A program made the translations under genes and the position numbers. Positions 1 through 9,784 of a stretch of DNA of 64,000 nt are shown here, piece after piece. The stretch covers positions 1,856,001 through 1,920,000 of the forward strand of contig CAVUDW010000002.1 in assembly GCA_963740355.1 (NCBI GenBank). Reading direction: 5' to 3'. Within the stretch, counting starts at the first letter, position 1. Each line of letters begins with the position of its first letter. The notes under the pieces were generated by a model. The model ran no database searches. It saw only the letters and a program-made list of their open reading frames with translations, and was not told the DNA's origin. This DNA comes from an uncultured Gemmatimonadaceae bacterium (GTDB lineage Bacteria; Gemmatimonadota; Gemmatimonadetes; Gemmatimonadales; Gemmatimonadaceae).

Positions 1-29
1 GCGGCAAGAACGAGGTACCGAGTCTTCAT
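1..29 (-). CDS. 5' end of a gene running off the left edge (MKTRYLVLA..., signal-peptide-like)
   Basis: ATG at 29 on the minus strand preceded by GGGGAG; only about 9 codons are visible. Confidence 0.5.
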
Positions 30-212
30 GGTGTTGCTCCCCTGGGAATGGTGGCCCCCTCGGTCCGGCACAGACGCGGACCGGGCGCAGTGACGAACCT
101 GCGACGGGGGCGAACTCTCACCTCGGATCAACTGGTGTCAAATCGCGGCTCACGCTCCCTCTGTTCGCCTCTGGCTCAGCCCGCCACGATTGGCCCGCCA
201 CATTTGGCACGC

Positions 213-707
213 CTATCGCCGTCGAGACTGCCGGTGTGGTACGGTCGCCACCGCCTCGATCTCGATCGCGATGTCGTCACGGAACAGGCGGCGCACTTCG
301 ACCAGTGTGCTCGCCGGCGGTGACGCCGTGTTCAGGTAGCGGTCCCGCACCTCACGAACGACGCCGATCTGCGATGCATCGAGCACGTAGTAGTTGAGCT
401 TCACCACATCGCGAAACGTGGCGCCACCCGAGGCCAGCGCGCGCCCGAGATTCTCGAAGACCTGCACGACCTGCGCGCGGAAATCGCCGGCGCCGATGAG
501 CACGCCGGTCGAATCGAGCGGGACCTGACCCGCGATGAACAGCATGCGGCTCCCCGCAGGCACATCGGCGACATGCGAATAGCCGCGGGGAGCAGAGAGC
601 GTTGGTGGATTGACGAAGCGCGTCGAATCTGGCGCGCGCTGCGCGGCGGCCCACTCGGGTGTCAAACACGACGCAGCAAGTGTGGACAACATCGCCCAAT
701 GCCGCAT
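213..707 (-). CDS. Rid/YjgF/UK114 family protein with N-terminal signal-like extension
   Basis: GYSHVA, LFIAGQV, DVVKLNYYV, PPASTLVEV and IEIEAVA motifs. Start uncertain (ATG 707; the ORF is open to GTG 752). Confidence 0.85.
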   Translation of the reverse strand: MRHWAMLSTLAASCLTPEWAAAQRAPDSTRFVNPPTLSAPRGYSHVADVPAGSRMLFIAGQVPLDSTGVLIGAGDFRAQVVQVFENLGRALASGGATFRDVVKLNYYVLDASQIGVVREVRDRYLNTASPPASTLVEVRRLFRDDIAIEIEAVATVPHRQSRRR

Positions 708-748
708 CCGGTGGCGGGTGTGTATCACTGACTCCCCCAGCATGGCAT

Positions 749-3700
749 TCACTCGAAGATCACCGGCATCGTCACGCCAAGCTTCGCGGCCTTGGCCTGG
801 AATGCATTGAGGTCATTCGCGACGAGGTTGCCGAACTGCTTCTTCAACCCCTCCAATTGCTCGCGCAGCATGCCGTACACCGCCACGTGCTGATCAGTGG
901 GCCGGAAGTCCGAGCTCGATGCCGCCACATCACTCCCAACCGAGGCCAACTTTTCGTAGAGTTGGTTGGGTGTGCGGAACGCATCCTCACGGGCGCCCGT
1001 GAGGGCAATGTCGTACAACTTGCCCTCGATCTCGAGCACACGCTTCTCGACCACATCGATCTCCTTCAGGAAGCCTTCGGCATCGGCGATCGACAGGTCA
1101 CGACCGGGCGATGGGCCGAACTCACGCAGGTCTTTCAGGCGCTCGCGCAGGTTGCTGCGCAGCTGTTCAAAACCTCTGCGGCTCCACTCCGATTCGTCGA
1201 TCAAGGCGACGGTCTCGTTGAGCGCGTCGCGGATGCGCAACGCCAGCGCGACCTGTGCGGTGATGTCGGCATCGGTGCCTTCGCTGTTCGGATCGCGACG
1301 CACCTCGAGCTTCTGTCGCAACGTGTCGCCCTTCCACACCATGGCGACGGTGTACATGCCGGGCGGAACGAGCGGCCCCACCTGCCCACCTACGAGGTCG
1401 AGATCCCATGGTACCAGTGGGCGTGAGTCGAGCACGCGAAGCGCAGTGTTGCCGGGTGGTGCGGTACGCAGCTTCGCCTTGCGAGGGCCCTCATGGCGCA
1501 GATCCCACAAGGCGCGATTGAGCCCGCGCTTCGCTGGCGCACCCTTGAACTTCCGGATCAGCGCCCCGCTGGCGTCGTAGATGCGGAAGTTCACGGAATC
1601 CTTGGCGGTGGAATCGGTCGGTACCGACGCCACGGTGTAGTTGATCGTCGCCGCCAGCGGCGGGTCTTCACCATTCACGAGCGAGTTGGTGGCGCCAGTG
1701 GGTGTCGACACCTTGCGGAAGCGATAGGCGGCGCGCATCGGGAGCAACGCAGCGGGCTTCGATCGCAGCGAATCGGACATCGATCGCAGGTACGAGATAT
1801 CATCCGCAATCCAGAAACCTCGCCCATACGTGGCAACCACGAGATCGTGGAAGTGACCCTGAATCTGCAGCCAGCTCACCGGTGCGTGGGGCAGGCCACC
1901 ATTGATCTCGATCCAGTGCGCCCCGTCATCGAGCGAGACGTACAACGCATTCTCGGTGCCGGCATACAGCATTCCGCGACGCACGGGATCCTCGCGCACG
2001 ACATGGACGTAGCTGAAGACACTCTTCGGGATGTCGCTGTTGATGCGAACCCAGGTGCGGCCGTAATCGGTGGTGCGATAGATGTACGGATCGCGATCGT
2101 TTATGAGATGTGCATCGACCGCCATGTACGCCGTCCCAGCGTCGTACTTGCTCGGCTCGATGTTGGTGATCGTGCTCCACTTGGGCAGGCTCGGTACGTT
2201 GGCCGTGAGGTTGGTCCAGGTCTTTCCACCATCCCGCGTCACATGCACCAACCCGTCCATGGTCCCCGCCCAGATGAGATCCTTCTGCACGGGTGACTCG
2301 GCAATGGCAAACAACACCGTCACGTTTTCGACGAACAGGTTGTCGGTCACCAGCCCACCAGAGGACTGCTGCTTGGTGGTGTCGTTGGTCGAGAGGTCCG
2401 GCGAGATGATGGTCCAGGTCTGGCCGCCGTTGGTGGTCTTGTGAATGACCTGCGAGCCGACGTAGACGGTGTTGTGGTCGAACGGCGATATGTGGATGGG
2501 GAACGTCCACTGAAAGCGGTACTTGAGATCCTTGGGCGCGACGCCATACCCGGCTTCCGGCCACGGCTCGACGGCGCGTGACATGCGCGTCTGCAAGTCG
2601 AATCGCTCGAGCCCTGCGTCATAACACCCGCTCCAGATGGTGCGATTGTCCACAGTGTCGGGAATGGCCCAACCACTCTCGCAGCCACCCACCGCACTCC
2701 ACACGCCAACGGATCGCGATCCGCGCGAATTACTCGGGCCGCCATACGAATACCCATCCTGACGATTGCCGTAGAGGTTGTACGGAATCCTGGTATCGGT
2801 GGCCACGTGGTACATCTGGGCGTTCGGAAGGGCGATGCGCGTGAACGACTTGCCGCCATCGAGCGTGATGCCCACACCGCCGTCATCACCAACCATGAAT
2901 CGATCGGCATCCTTGGGGTCCCACCAGATGTCGTGCAGATCACCGCCAGCACGCGGCGCATTGGGCATCTTGGTCACGCCACCATCGCTGGTACCCACAA
3001 AGCGCACGCCGGTGATGTAGAGCCGGTCGGCTTCGGTGGGACTGACGGCGAATCGGGTGTAGTACTGCGGGCGCTCGAGGATGTCGTGATCACGATTGAC
3101 CGACCGCCAGCTCCGACCACCATCATCGGATCGATAGAGCGCGGGCTCCTTCATCTCGATCAGCGCGTACACGCGATTGGGATCGCTGCGCGCCACGCCC
3201 AGCCCGATCTTGCCCATGGTGCCGATCTTGGGCAGGCCCTTGCCCCAGCCGGTGCCGTCGGCGCCACCATCGAGGCGAACCCACGTGTCACCGGCATCTC
3301 GTGACATCCAGATCCCGCTGCCGGAGCCGCCCGAGTGTTTGTCCCACGGCACGATGTACTGCTGCCAGCTCGCGGCAAACAGCACCCGGGGATTGGTGGG
3401 GTCCATCGAGACATCGATGATGCCGGTGCTGTCGTTCACGAACAGCACCTTCTTCCACTGCTTGCCACCATCCATGGTGCGCCACAGCCCGCGATCGGCC
3501 TGCGGCCCATAACCGTGCCCCTGCGCCGCCGCGTACACGATCTCGGGGTTCGTCGGATGGATCAACACTCGACCGATACGCCCGCTGTTCTCGAGGCCCA
3601 TGCGATCCCAGTGCTGGCCGGCGTCGGTGGATCGGTACATACCATCGCCGATCGAGACGTTGCTGCGGAGGAACGTCTCACCAGTGCCGAACCAGACGAC

Positions 3701-4024
3701 GTTCGGATCGCTGGGCGCAACGGCCACTGCGCTGACGGATGCCACGCGGAGTGAATCGGTGACGGGGACCCAGCGACTACCGCCGTTCGTACTCTTGAAG
3801 AGTCCGCCGCTGGCCGCGCCGGCATAGTAGGTCCGGTACTCACCTGGCACACCGGCAACCGCGATGACGCGATTGCCGTCCGGGCCAACGAACCGCCAAC
3901 TGGGGACCTTGATGAAACCGGTGTCGAGGCCGGGCCGCGCCGCCGCCGCAGGTGCCGCGGCCCGCTGAGCGAGAAGGAGGCCGGGAAGCAGGCCGAGTGC
4001 GGACAGCGTGGTACGGAAGCGCAT
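749..4024 (-). CDS. Secreted VPS10/BNR (Asp-box) repeat protein, glycosyl-hydrolase-like
   Basis: Signal peptide MRFRTTLSALGLLPGLLLAQ; many S/T-x-D/N-GG-x-x-W Asp-boxes; WRFVGP start; helical C-terminus. The track extension to 5086 is antisense to another gene. Confidence 0.85.
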   Translation of the reverse strand: MRFRTTLSALGLLPGLLLAQRAAAPAAAARPGLDTGFIKVPSWRFVGPDGNRVIAVAGVPGEYRTYYAGAASGGLFKSTNGGSRWVPVTDSLRVASVSAVAVAPSDPNVVWFGTGETFLRSNVSIGDGMYRSTDAGQHWDRMGLENSGRIGRVLIHPTNPEIVYAAAQGHGYGPQADRGLWRTMDGGKQWKKVLFVNDSTGIIDVSMDPTNPRVLFAASWQQYIVPWDKHSGGSGSGIWMSRDAGDTWVRLDGGADGTGWGKGLPKIGTMGKIGLGVARSDPNRVYALIEMKEPALYRSDDGGRSWRSVNRDHDILERPQYYTRFAVSPTEADRLYITGVRFVGTSDGGVTKMPNAPRAGGDLHDIWWDPKDADRFMVGDDGGVGITLDGGKSFTRIALPNAQMYHVATDTRIPYNLYGNRQDGYSYGGPSNSRGSRSVGVWSAVGGCESGWAIPDTVDNRTIWSGCYDAGLERFDLQTRMSRAVEPWPEAGYGVAPKDLKYRFQWTFPIHISPFDHNTVYVGSQVIHKTTNGGQTWTIISPDLSTNDTTKQQSSGGLVTDNLFVENVTVLFAIAESPVQKDLIWAGTMDGLVHVTRDGGKTWTNLTANVPSLPKWSTITNIEPSKYDAGTAYMAVDAHLINDRDPYIYRTTDYGRTWVRINSDIPKSVFSYVHVVREDPVRRGMLYAGTENALYVSLDDGAHWIEINGGLPHAPVSWLQIQGHFHDLVVATYGRGFWIADDISYLRSMSDSLRSKPAALLPMRAAYRFRKVSTPTGATNSLVNGEDPPLAATINYTVASVPTDSTAKDSVNFRIYDASGALIRKFKGAPAKRGLNRALWDLRHEGPRKAKLRTAPPGNTALRVLDSRPLVPWDLDLVGGQVGPLVPPGMYTVAMVWKGDTLRQKLEVRRDPNSEGTDADITAQVALALRIRDALNETVALIDESEWSRRGFEQLRSNLRERLKDLREFGPSPGRDLSIADAEGFLKEIDVVEKRVLEIEGKLYDIALTGAREDAFRTPNQLYEKLASVGSDVAASSSDFRPTDQHVAVYGMLREQLEGLKKQFGNLVANDLNAFQAKAAKLGVTMPVIFE

Positions 4025-4225
4025 GACGGTTGGGCAGAAGCTGGAGAGACGGGTTCGACTCAGTCCCCGAATGTGCCATCTGCCCACACCGGACGGGAGT
4101 GTGAGATCGGTCTTCCCCAGATTCGCTCGGCGTGAGCCAGTTCGGCGCGATCCGCCGCGTGTGGATGTGGGCAGCTCCGAATCACGCTCACCCCGCCCCT
4201 GGCTTTCCTGCACCGAGAGGACACG

Positions 4226-4960
4226 ATGACCGCAATTCCTTCGCACACGCCGCGCGCCACATCCGTCGCCACCGCCGATGGTACGCTCCGCGTCCAGACG
4301 AGCCGCCTGGCGCTGGCCGCCGCCCTTTCGCTCACCCTGGTGGGCTGCAAGGGCAGCAAGGATTCCCCGACGCAGCCGGTCGTGATCCCAACGACGTCTC
4401 GATCCACCGTGGTGCCGACCACGACGTCGGGGTACGTCGAAGCGCGGACCTCTCAGATCGTGTCGAATGGCGCAGGGCCGTCGCAGGTGTTCGACGACTT
4501 CACCCTGACGGGCGCGACCACAATCCGCACGGTTGGATGGCAGGGCATCTACTGCGTGCAGCAGCCGAACGCTGCGGCACCGGCACCGACGGCCACGGCG
4601 TTCACTGTCAGCTTCTACTCCGACGTCTCGGGTCGTCCCAACACGGCGGCGCCGATCCAGACCTCGACGTATACGCTCGCCCAGACGGCACAGACGTTCG
4701 ACAAAAACGTCTCTGGTCTGACCTGCGGCACCGCAGCCAACACGACATGGCCGTTCTATCGGTACTCGGTGACGTTGACGACGCCGTTCGTGGTGACGCC
4801 GAACACGAAGTACTGGGTCAGCGTGCAGGCGCGCACGCCGTCGTACGACGTGTACTGGGGCTGGCGCGATGGCACGGTGGACAACAGCCTGTCGCTGCAA
4901 CTGTTCAACGGCACGTACACGACGTTCCCGATCGACCGGGCGTACTCGCTGACGCCGTGA
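4226..4960 (+). CDS. Hypothetical lipoprotein, Thr-rich beta domain
   Basis: GAGAGGA RBS; lipobox LVGC; strong codon bias; hairpin immediately downstream. Confidence 0.75.
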   Translation: MTAIPSHTPRATSVATADGTLRVQTSRLALAAALSLTLVGCKGSKDSPTQPVVIPTTSRSTVVPTTTSGYVEARTSQIVSNGAGPSQVFDDFTLTGATTIRTVGWQGIYCVQQPNAAAPAPTATAFTVSFYSDVSGRPNTAAPIQTSTYTLAQTAQTFDKNVSGLTCGTAANTTWPFYRYSVTLTTPFVVTPNTKYWVSVQARTPSYDVYWGWRDGTVDNSLSLQLFNGTYTTFPIDRAYSLTP

Positions 4961-4969
4961 TGCATTGAC

Positions 4970-4996
4970 GAGGGCGCTGGGATCCCTAGCGCTCTC
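4970..4996 (+). terminator. Stem-loop, possible terminator
   Basis: GAGGGCGCTGGG-atc-CCTAGCGCTCTC about 10 nt after the stop; only a weak U-tract. Confidence 0.45.
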
Positions 4997-5122
4997 GCCG
5001 CAACTTCTTCCTACACGCGCGATTTTGGTGATGCTTGCACCTGTTCGGTGTGCGATATTCGAAGGGTGAATGCGATAGTGGCGCATGCGGACGCGCCCTT
5101 CCTTTTACCTGGAGCGACACCA

Positions 5123-5701
5123 ATGGCTGAGCGATCGCCCTACAGAAAGGATTGGACGGTCACGGAGCTTCGCGGGCTGCCGGCTGACGGCAATCGGTAC
5201 GAGATCATCGACGGTGTGCTTCACGTGACGCCGTCGCCGAAGGTGGTTCACCAGCGGGCGGTGCTCGAGCTCTTGCTGCGGATTGGCCCATACGCGAAGG
5301 CCGTCGGTCTCGATCCGATGGTCTCGCCGGCCGATCTCGTGTTCTCGGATTCGACGCTCGTGCAGCCGGATCTGTTCGTCCTGCCGCGGGTGGACGGGAG
5401 AGGAATCCAGCGATGGGAAGACTTCACGTCGCTTGTGCTTGCGGTCGAGGTGTTCTCTCGGTCCACGCATCGCCGTGACCGGACGGAAAAGCGTGACCTG
5501 TATCAGAGGCAGCGCGTTCCCGAGTACTGGATCGTCGACATCGACGCGCATGTGGTGGCGCTTTGGCGGCCGGAATCACGGGTGCCTGAAGTCATGGGAT
5601 CGCTGTTGTTCTGGCAGCCGGTTTCGGAGTTCGAGCCGCTATTGATCGATCTGGTTGAATTCTTCGATTCCGTGCGGGATGATCGCCGGAGTGAGCACTA
5701 G
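5123..5701 (+). CDS. Uma2/DUF820 family PD-(D/E)xK-like endonuclease
   Basis: RYEIIDGVL, HQ, VQPDLFV, LAVEVFSRST, KRDLY, VPEYWIVD motifs; GGAG RBS. Confidence 0.9.
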   Translation: MAERSPYRKDWTVTELRGLPADGNRYEIIDGVLHVTPSPKVVHQRAVLELLLRIGPYAKAVGLDPMVSPADLVFSDSTLVQPDLFVLPRVDGRGIQRWEDFTSLVLAVEVFSRSTHRRDRTEKRDLYQRQRVPEYWIVDIDAHVVALWRPESRVPEVMGSLLFWQPVSEFEPLLIDLVEFFDSVRDDRRSEH

Positions 5702-6978
5702 CGTTCAGTACGCGCGATCGCCGTAGTCATTTTGCTGCTCACACCGAGCGCATTGGCGTGGGTGGTGAGCATCAGGTCTTCGGTGTGTTGTGACAGGGCC
5801 AGGCGCATCTCTTCTCGTGCGGGTTCGAGCTGTCCGTTGCGATAGAGGGCCCAGGCCATGAGGTCGTGGCCGTACACATCGTGGCGGTCCTGCAATTCGG
5901 CGCGTGCACGTCGCAGGACATCGGCACGTTGGGCGGCGGAGCCGTGGTCGAGGAGGTAGAGGCCCCATTGGCGGTGGATTGCGCCGGGCTGCGTGAGAAC
6001 GCTGATCGACATGGCGTTGGCGAAGGCGGCGGCCTGTGCGGAGTCGTTGATGGCGAGGTAGGCCTGACTTACCGTAGCCAGAGTGGTCGGATCGAGCTGA
6101 ATGTTCGTGGCTTGGTCGCCGTATGTGATGGCTTGGCGGTAGTCATTTCGCGCCAGTGCTGTGCGTGCGAGTCCGCCGAGGACGCGGATGTCGTTGGGGT
6201 GGCGTTGCAGAGCTGTGTGGAAGGCGGAGTCTGCTGCAGTGAGATTGCCAAGGCGCAATTCGAGTTCGCCGAGTCGGTAGTGGAACCAGGCCACCTGTTC
6301 GCGGGGGAGGTCATCGCGGCGGTCGACGTCGACGATCGCGCGTTTGAGCATGTCGCGCGCGAGTGAGGCGTTGCCGGTGACTTCGTGCCAGCGGGCGACG
6401 CGGGCGCCGACGGTGAACTGTTGGCCGCTCGAGTGCACGGCTCGGTAGTGTGTCGCTGCTGCCGGATACTCGCCGAGTTCGAGCTCGATTTCGCCCAGTA
6501 GTGCGAGGTGGGAGGGGGTGTTCGGCTCGAGCGAGTCGGCCTGGAGGGCGATCGTGTGTGCTTCCGTGAAGGCGTGTCGCGCCATGAGGATACTGGCGAG
6601 GACTTCGAAGGCGTGACCGTTGCGTTGGTTGCGGAGCGCGACCGATTCGCGGGCCAGTGTTTCAGCGCGTGCGAGGTCGGGGGCTGATCCGGTGATGCGG
6701 GAGCGTGTGAAGAGGAGGGAGGCGAGTGCGATGCGGTCGGTGGCGCCGCCGGGGTCTTCGCTGACGCGTTTGGCGTAGAACGCGATGTCCTTGTCGCGGA
6801 GTTCGGATTCGGATTCGGTGGTCGTGGACAGGGCAACGAGTGGGGTCGACGACGTGATGACTGGCTGCGAGTCTGTGCCCGCGCGCTGTCGGACGACGAC
6901 GGTCGTGAGTGCGGCCAGTGAGAGGCTGGCGAGGGCGAGGACGGCGAACCGGCCATTTGGGCGTGCGAGGCGTTGCAT
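5698..6978 (-). CDS. Membrane-anchored/exported tetratricopeptide-repeat protein
   Basis: N-terminal hydrophobic helix, then Ala/Leu-rich helical repeats (LALLGEIELELGEYPAA, WFHYRLGELELRLGNL). Confidence 0.8.
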   Translation of the reverse strand: MQRLARPNGRFAVLALASLSLAALTTVVVRQRAGTDSQPVITSSTPLVALSTTTESESELRDKDIAFYAKRVSEDPGGATDRIALASLLFTRSRITGSAPDLARAETLARESVALRNQRNGHAFEVLASILMARHAFTEAHTIALQADSLEPNTPSHLALLGEIELELGEYPAAATHYRAVHSSGQQFTVGARVARWHEVTGNASLARDMLKRAIVDVDRRDDLPREQVAWFHYRLGELELRLGNLTAADSAFHTALQRHPNDIRVLGGLARTALARNDYRQAITYGDQATNIQLDPTTLATVSQAYLAINDSAQAAAFANAMSISVLTQPGAIHRQWGLYLLDHGSAAQRADVLRRARAELQDRHDVYGHDLMAWALYRNGQLEPAREEMRLALSQHTEDLMLTTHANALGVSSKMTTAIARTER

Positions 6979-7059
6979 GTTCGCGTGGGTGAGGAGTGGC
7001 GACGGTCTGCGATGCCGCTGGATGGTGCGGCACCGCAGAGTCAGCCGAGTGGTGCGTGT

Positions 7060-7731
7060 TTAGAGCGTGGGGTCAGCGAGGTACGGGAAGCGCGTGGAGA
7101 ACGGCTTGTCGTTTTTCGGCACGTTGTCGGTGCAGAGCGGCAGTTGGCCGTTGTCGCAGTAGGCGCCGTTTGGTGAGACGACCTTGCCGAAGATGGCCGA
7201 GAGTCCCGCATCGACGACGTCGTCGCTGAGGTTGCGTCCGCCCCAGCCATTGGCGAGGGCCCACGAGAGCCAGCCGGAGGTGGATGGATTGCGCTTCGAT
7301 TCCACGATCAGCATGTCCGGATAGAGGACAGCGCCGAGTGTGTTGGCGACTTCGGGTTGTCCACCGCGAAAGGCGTTGATGAAGGCAAGGCTTTGCGGGC
7401 CGAACTCGGCCGTGTTGTAGGGCTGGGTGCGGTTGTAGCGATCGTGGTTGGCCTTCACGATCGTCACTTCGCTGACGAGCGGATTGCCGAGGAACTCCAC
7501 TTGTTCGTAGCGCATCTTGCGGCCGCGTTCGAAGAGGTCCCATCCGTCGTCGTCGAAGTCTTCGTTGCGGGCTGCGTAGACCTGTGCCAATACGTCCGGG
7601 TCGGTGATACTCGCCTGTTCGTTGGCTGAGTTGTCGCTACAGGCCGTGAAGAGCGAGGTGGAGGCGAGGGTCAAGATCATTGCGAGAGCGCGCGTGGCGC
7701 GGATGGCTCCCACTGAATTCTTCTGCAACAT
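7060..7731 (-). CDS. DUF4331-like lipoprotein (C-terminal-half type)
   Basis: Lipobox FTAC; QVEFLGNPLVSE, GGRNLSDDVVD and DNVPKNDKPFSTRFPYLADP motifs. Confidence 0.75.
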   Translation of the reverse strand: MLQKNSVGAIRATRALAMILTLASTSLFTACSDNSANEQASITDPDVLAQVYAARNEDFDDDGWDLFERGRKMRYEQVEFLGNPLVSEVTIVKANHDRYNRTQPYNTAEFGPQSLAFINAFRGGQPEVANTLGAVLYPDMLIVESKRNPSTSGWLSWALANGWGGRNLSDDVVDAGLSAIFGKVVSPNGAYCDNGQLPLCTDNVPKNDKPFSTRFPYLADPTL

Positions 7732-7781
7732 GTGATTGTCTTCCTGAAGCTCGAGAGAATTGAAAAGATTGGGGGAGCGAA

Positions 7782-8534
7782 TCAGCGGATTGCGCGGCTG
7801 GTGGTGCCCCAGACGCCGAATCGACCGTTGGTGGCGGGGTTGGCGATCAGTGCCGTCGGGACTTCGACGACGATGGCCATGTCATTGATGCCGCGGAGGA
7901 AATCGACTGCGGGATCGGCGCCGATGGCGGAGCGGAAGGAGAGCGGGCCTTGCTGCGTGTTGGCCAGCGGTCCGCCTTCCGGGCGGCGGTCGGGCAGGAT
8001 GCGGAAGAAGGCTTCGAGGTCGATGAAGAACGGGTCATCGCGCGGGCCGGCGAAGAGCTTGATGCCGCGTCCTTCGATCACTGTGTTGGTGAAGCCAAAG
8101 AGCTTGACGCCGTCGGTGAGGGTGTTGACGGCGCCCACCTGTTCCGGGCGACGTGGGCCGCGCATGGAAACCAACTGACGGCGGCCCTTGCCGAGGAACG
8201 TGAACTGGAAGACCAGGTCTTCCTTCGCGTCGCCGGTGTTATCGATCTTGATCTGGTACATCTGCTGTTCGCGCGTGCCGAAGGTGAAGCTTGGCGTTTG
8301 CGCGGGCGTCAGCGGCGAACTCGTACCGAGGACGAGGACGGTGCGTGACGGGTCGGTCGGGGAGGGGAAGGCGTAGACGTCGTTGACGTCGAACCGGGGG
8401 GACATCTCGACCAGCGGTGTGTCCTGGTGGTCGGAGGCCATCACCTGTCGCACGGTCAGTCCCGTGGCGGTGAGGACTACTGCCGCGGCGGCCAGCGCCT
8501 TGAACGGCAATTGGGTGGGAATCCACTTCTGCAT
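7782..8534 (-). CDS. DUF4331-like secreted protein (N-terminal-half type)
   Basis: Signal peptide then ASDHQDTP, DVNDVYAF, YQIKIDNTGD, FAGPRDDPFFIDL and VWGTTS; GGAG RBS. Confidence 0.85.
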   Translation of the reverse strand: MQKWIPTQLPFKALAAAAVVLTATGLTVRQVMASDHQDTPLVEMSPRFDVNDVYAFPSPTDPSRTVLVLGTSSPLTPAQTPSFTFGTREQQMYQIKIDNTGDAKEDLVFQFTFLGKGRRQLVSMRGPRRPEQVGAVNTLTDGVKLFGFTNTVIEGRGIKLFAGPRDDPFFIDLEAFFRILPDRRPEGGPLANTQQGPLSFRSAIGADPAVDFLRGINDMAIVVEVPTALIANPATNGRFGVWGTTSRAIR

Positions 8535-8589
8535 TGGTGCTCCAGAAACGAAAAGAGAGATCGAAGTCGCGCGAGCCTACGCCCGGCGA

Positions 8590-8615
8590 TACGGCGGCCA
8601 ATCCCGACCGGATTG
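8590..8615 (-). promoter_or_regulatory. Candidate SigK-type ECF sigma promoter
   Basis: Minus strand CAATCC-N15-CCGTA about 55 nt upstream of the DUF4331 start; compare M. tuberculosis SigK CCATCC-N15-CCGAA. Confidence 0.5.
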
Positions 8616-8701
8616 GCGAGCTCGACCATTCGATGTTTCTCGGCTCTCTACTGAGCTTCGCTTCTGGTTTCGCGCTCGCAATTGCAGCGGAGCGCGACGG
8701 C

Positions 8702-9565
8702 TTACAGGACCGTGCGGAGTCTCCAGATCTCGGGGAAGAGCACCACGTCGAGCATTTTGCGCAGGTAGCTCACGCCGCCGGTGCCGCCTGTGCCGCGCTT
8801 GAATCCGATGACCCGTTCGACTGTGGTCACGTGACGGAATCGCCAGAGTCGGAAGGCGTCTTCGAGGTCGGTCAGTTCCTCGCCCAGTTGGTAGAGATCC
8901 CAGTATTCGCGCGGGTTGCGGTAGACCGTGAGCCAGGCTTCCTCGACCTCGGCGGAGGCGACGTACGGTTGTGTCCAGTCGCGTGTCGTGTGCGACGCGG
9001 GCACGGCCAGTCCTCGACGGGCTAGCAGGCGCAGTGATTCGTCGTAGAGGGAGGGCGTTTCGAAGGCCGCCTGCACCAGTGCCATGCGGTCGGGGCGGTG
9101 GGCATGCGGCCGGATCATGACGCCGTTCTTGTTGCCCATCGCAAACTCGATGCAGCGATACTGGAAACTCTGGAATCCACTCGAGTTCGAGAGATAGTCT
9201 CGAATTGCACTGTATTCCGGCGGTGTCATCGTCGCCAGCACATCCCAGGCGTGCACCAGCTGCTCCATGATCTTCGAGACGCGGGCCAGCATCTTGAAGG
9301 CCGTCTGCAGGTCGTCGTTGGCCACGTGCGAGACGGCGGCCTGCAGCTCGTGCAGCATCAGCTTCATCCAGAGCTCACTCGTCTGGTGCTGGATGATGAA
9401 CAACATTTCGTCATGGGCCGGCGAGAGCGGCTTCTGGGCGCCGAGGATCGCATCCAGCTGCAGGTAGTCGCCGTAGCTCATGGCGTCGCTGAAATCGAGC
9501 TTGGCGTGCTCTGCGTGGACGATCGATTCCGGCGTGGAGTCGTCGTCGTACGAACCGGAGCCCAT
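8702..9565 (-). CDS. kynA: Tryptophan 2,3-dioxygenase
   Basis: [42 protein letters not shown] and [12 protein letters not shown] motifs. Start approximate. Confidence 0.95.
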   Translation of the reverse strand: MGSGSYDDDSTPESIVHAEHAKLDFSDAMSYGDYLQLDAILGAQKPLSPAHDEMLFIIQHQTSELWMKLMLHELQAAVSHVANDDLQTAFKMLARVSKIMEQLVHAWDVLATMTPPEYSAIRDYLSNSSGFQSFQYRCIEFAMGNKNGVMIRPHAHRPDRMALVQAAFETPSLYDESLRLLARRGLAVPASHTTRDWTQPYVASAEVEEAWLTVYRNPREYWDLYQLGEELTDLEDAFRLWRFRHVTTVERVIGFKRGTGGTGGVSYLRKMLDVVLFPEIWRLRTVL

Positions 9566-9784
9566 GTTGGCGTAGATGCACATATCGGAAGCGTGACGGG
9601 GCGGATGGGGCGTGTCCTGTGCCCGAAAACTAAGGGTCGGCGCCGTCGGCAGCCGGTTAGACTTGGCTCGTCCTTGCCCGAGCGGCCGCCTGATCCGCCG
9701 CATGCCCGACCAATTGGCCTACCGCCTGCCCCGCCGCCTGACCCGCCGCCTGACCCTGTTGCTCGCCGACCTCACGGAGCCGGA

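Noticed and set aside
204..219. Sigma-54-like TTGGCACGCCTATCGC
   Set aside because: Mismatch at -12, and it points antisense into the Rid gene with no downstream plus-strand gene.
4050..4070. GGTTCGACTC, resembling a tRNA T-loop
   Set aside because: No flanking T-stem, acceptor stem or cloverleaf.
4025..5086. N-terminal 354-aa extension of the 1445-aa ORF 749..5086
   Set aside because: Arg-rich shadow frame antisense to the lipoprotein gene 4226..4960; the real protein starts with a signal peptide at 4024.
9722..9756. 12-bp GC-rich tandem repeat CCGCCGCCTGAC upstream of dacB
   Set aside because: Low-complexity and imperfect, probably slippage; dacB has its own RBS and signal peptide, so no frameshift is needed.
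9098..9784. Long upstream extensions of dacB, and likewise of the VOC (to 22707), CHAT (to 33417) and SnoaL (to 57223) ORFs
   Set aside because: They overlap genuine genes on the other strand or in another frame; open frames are expected at this GC content.
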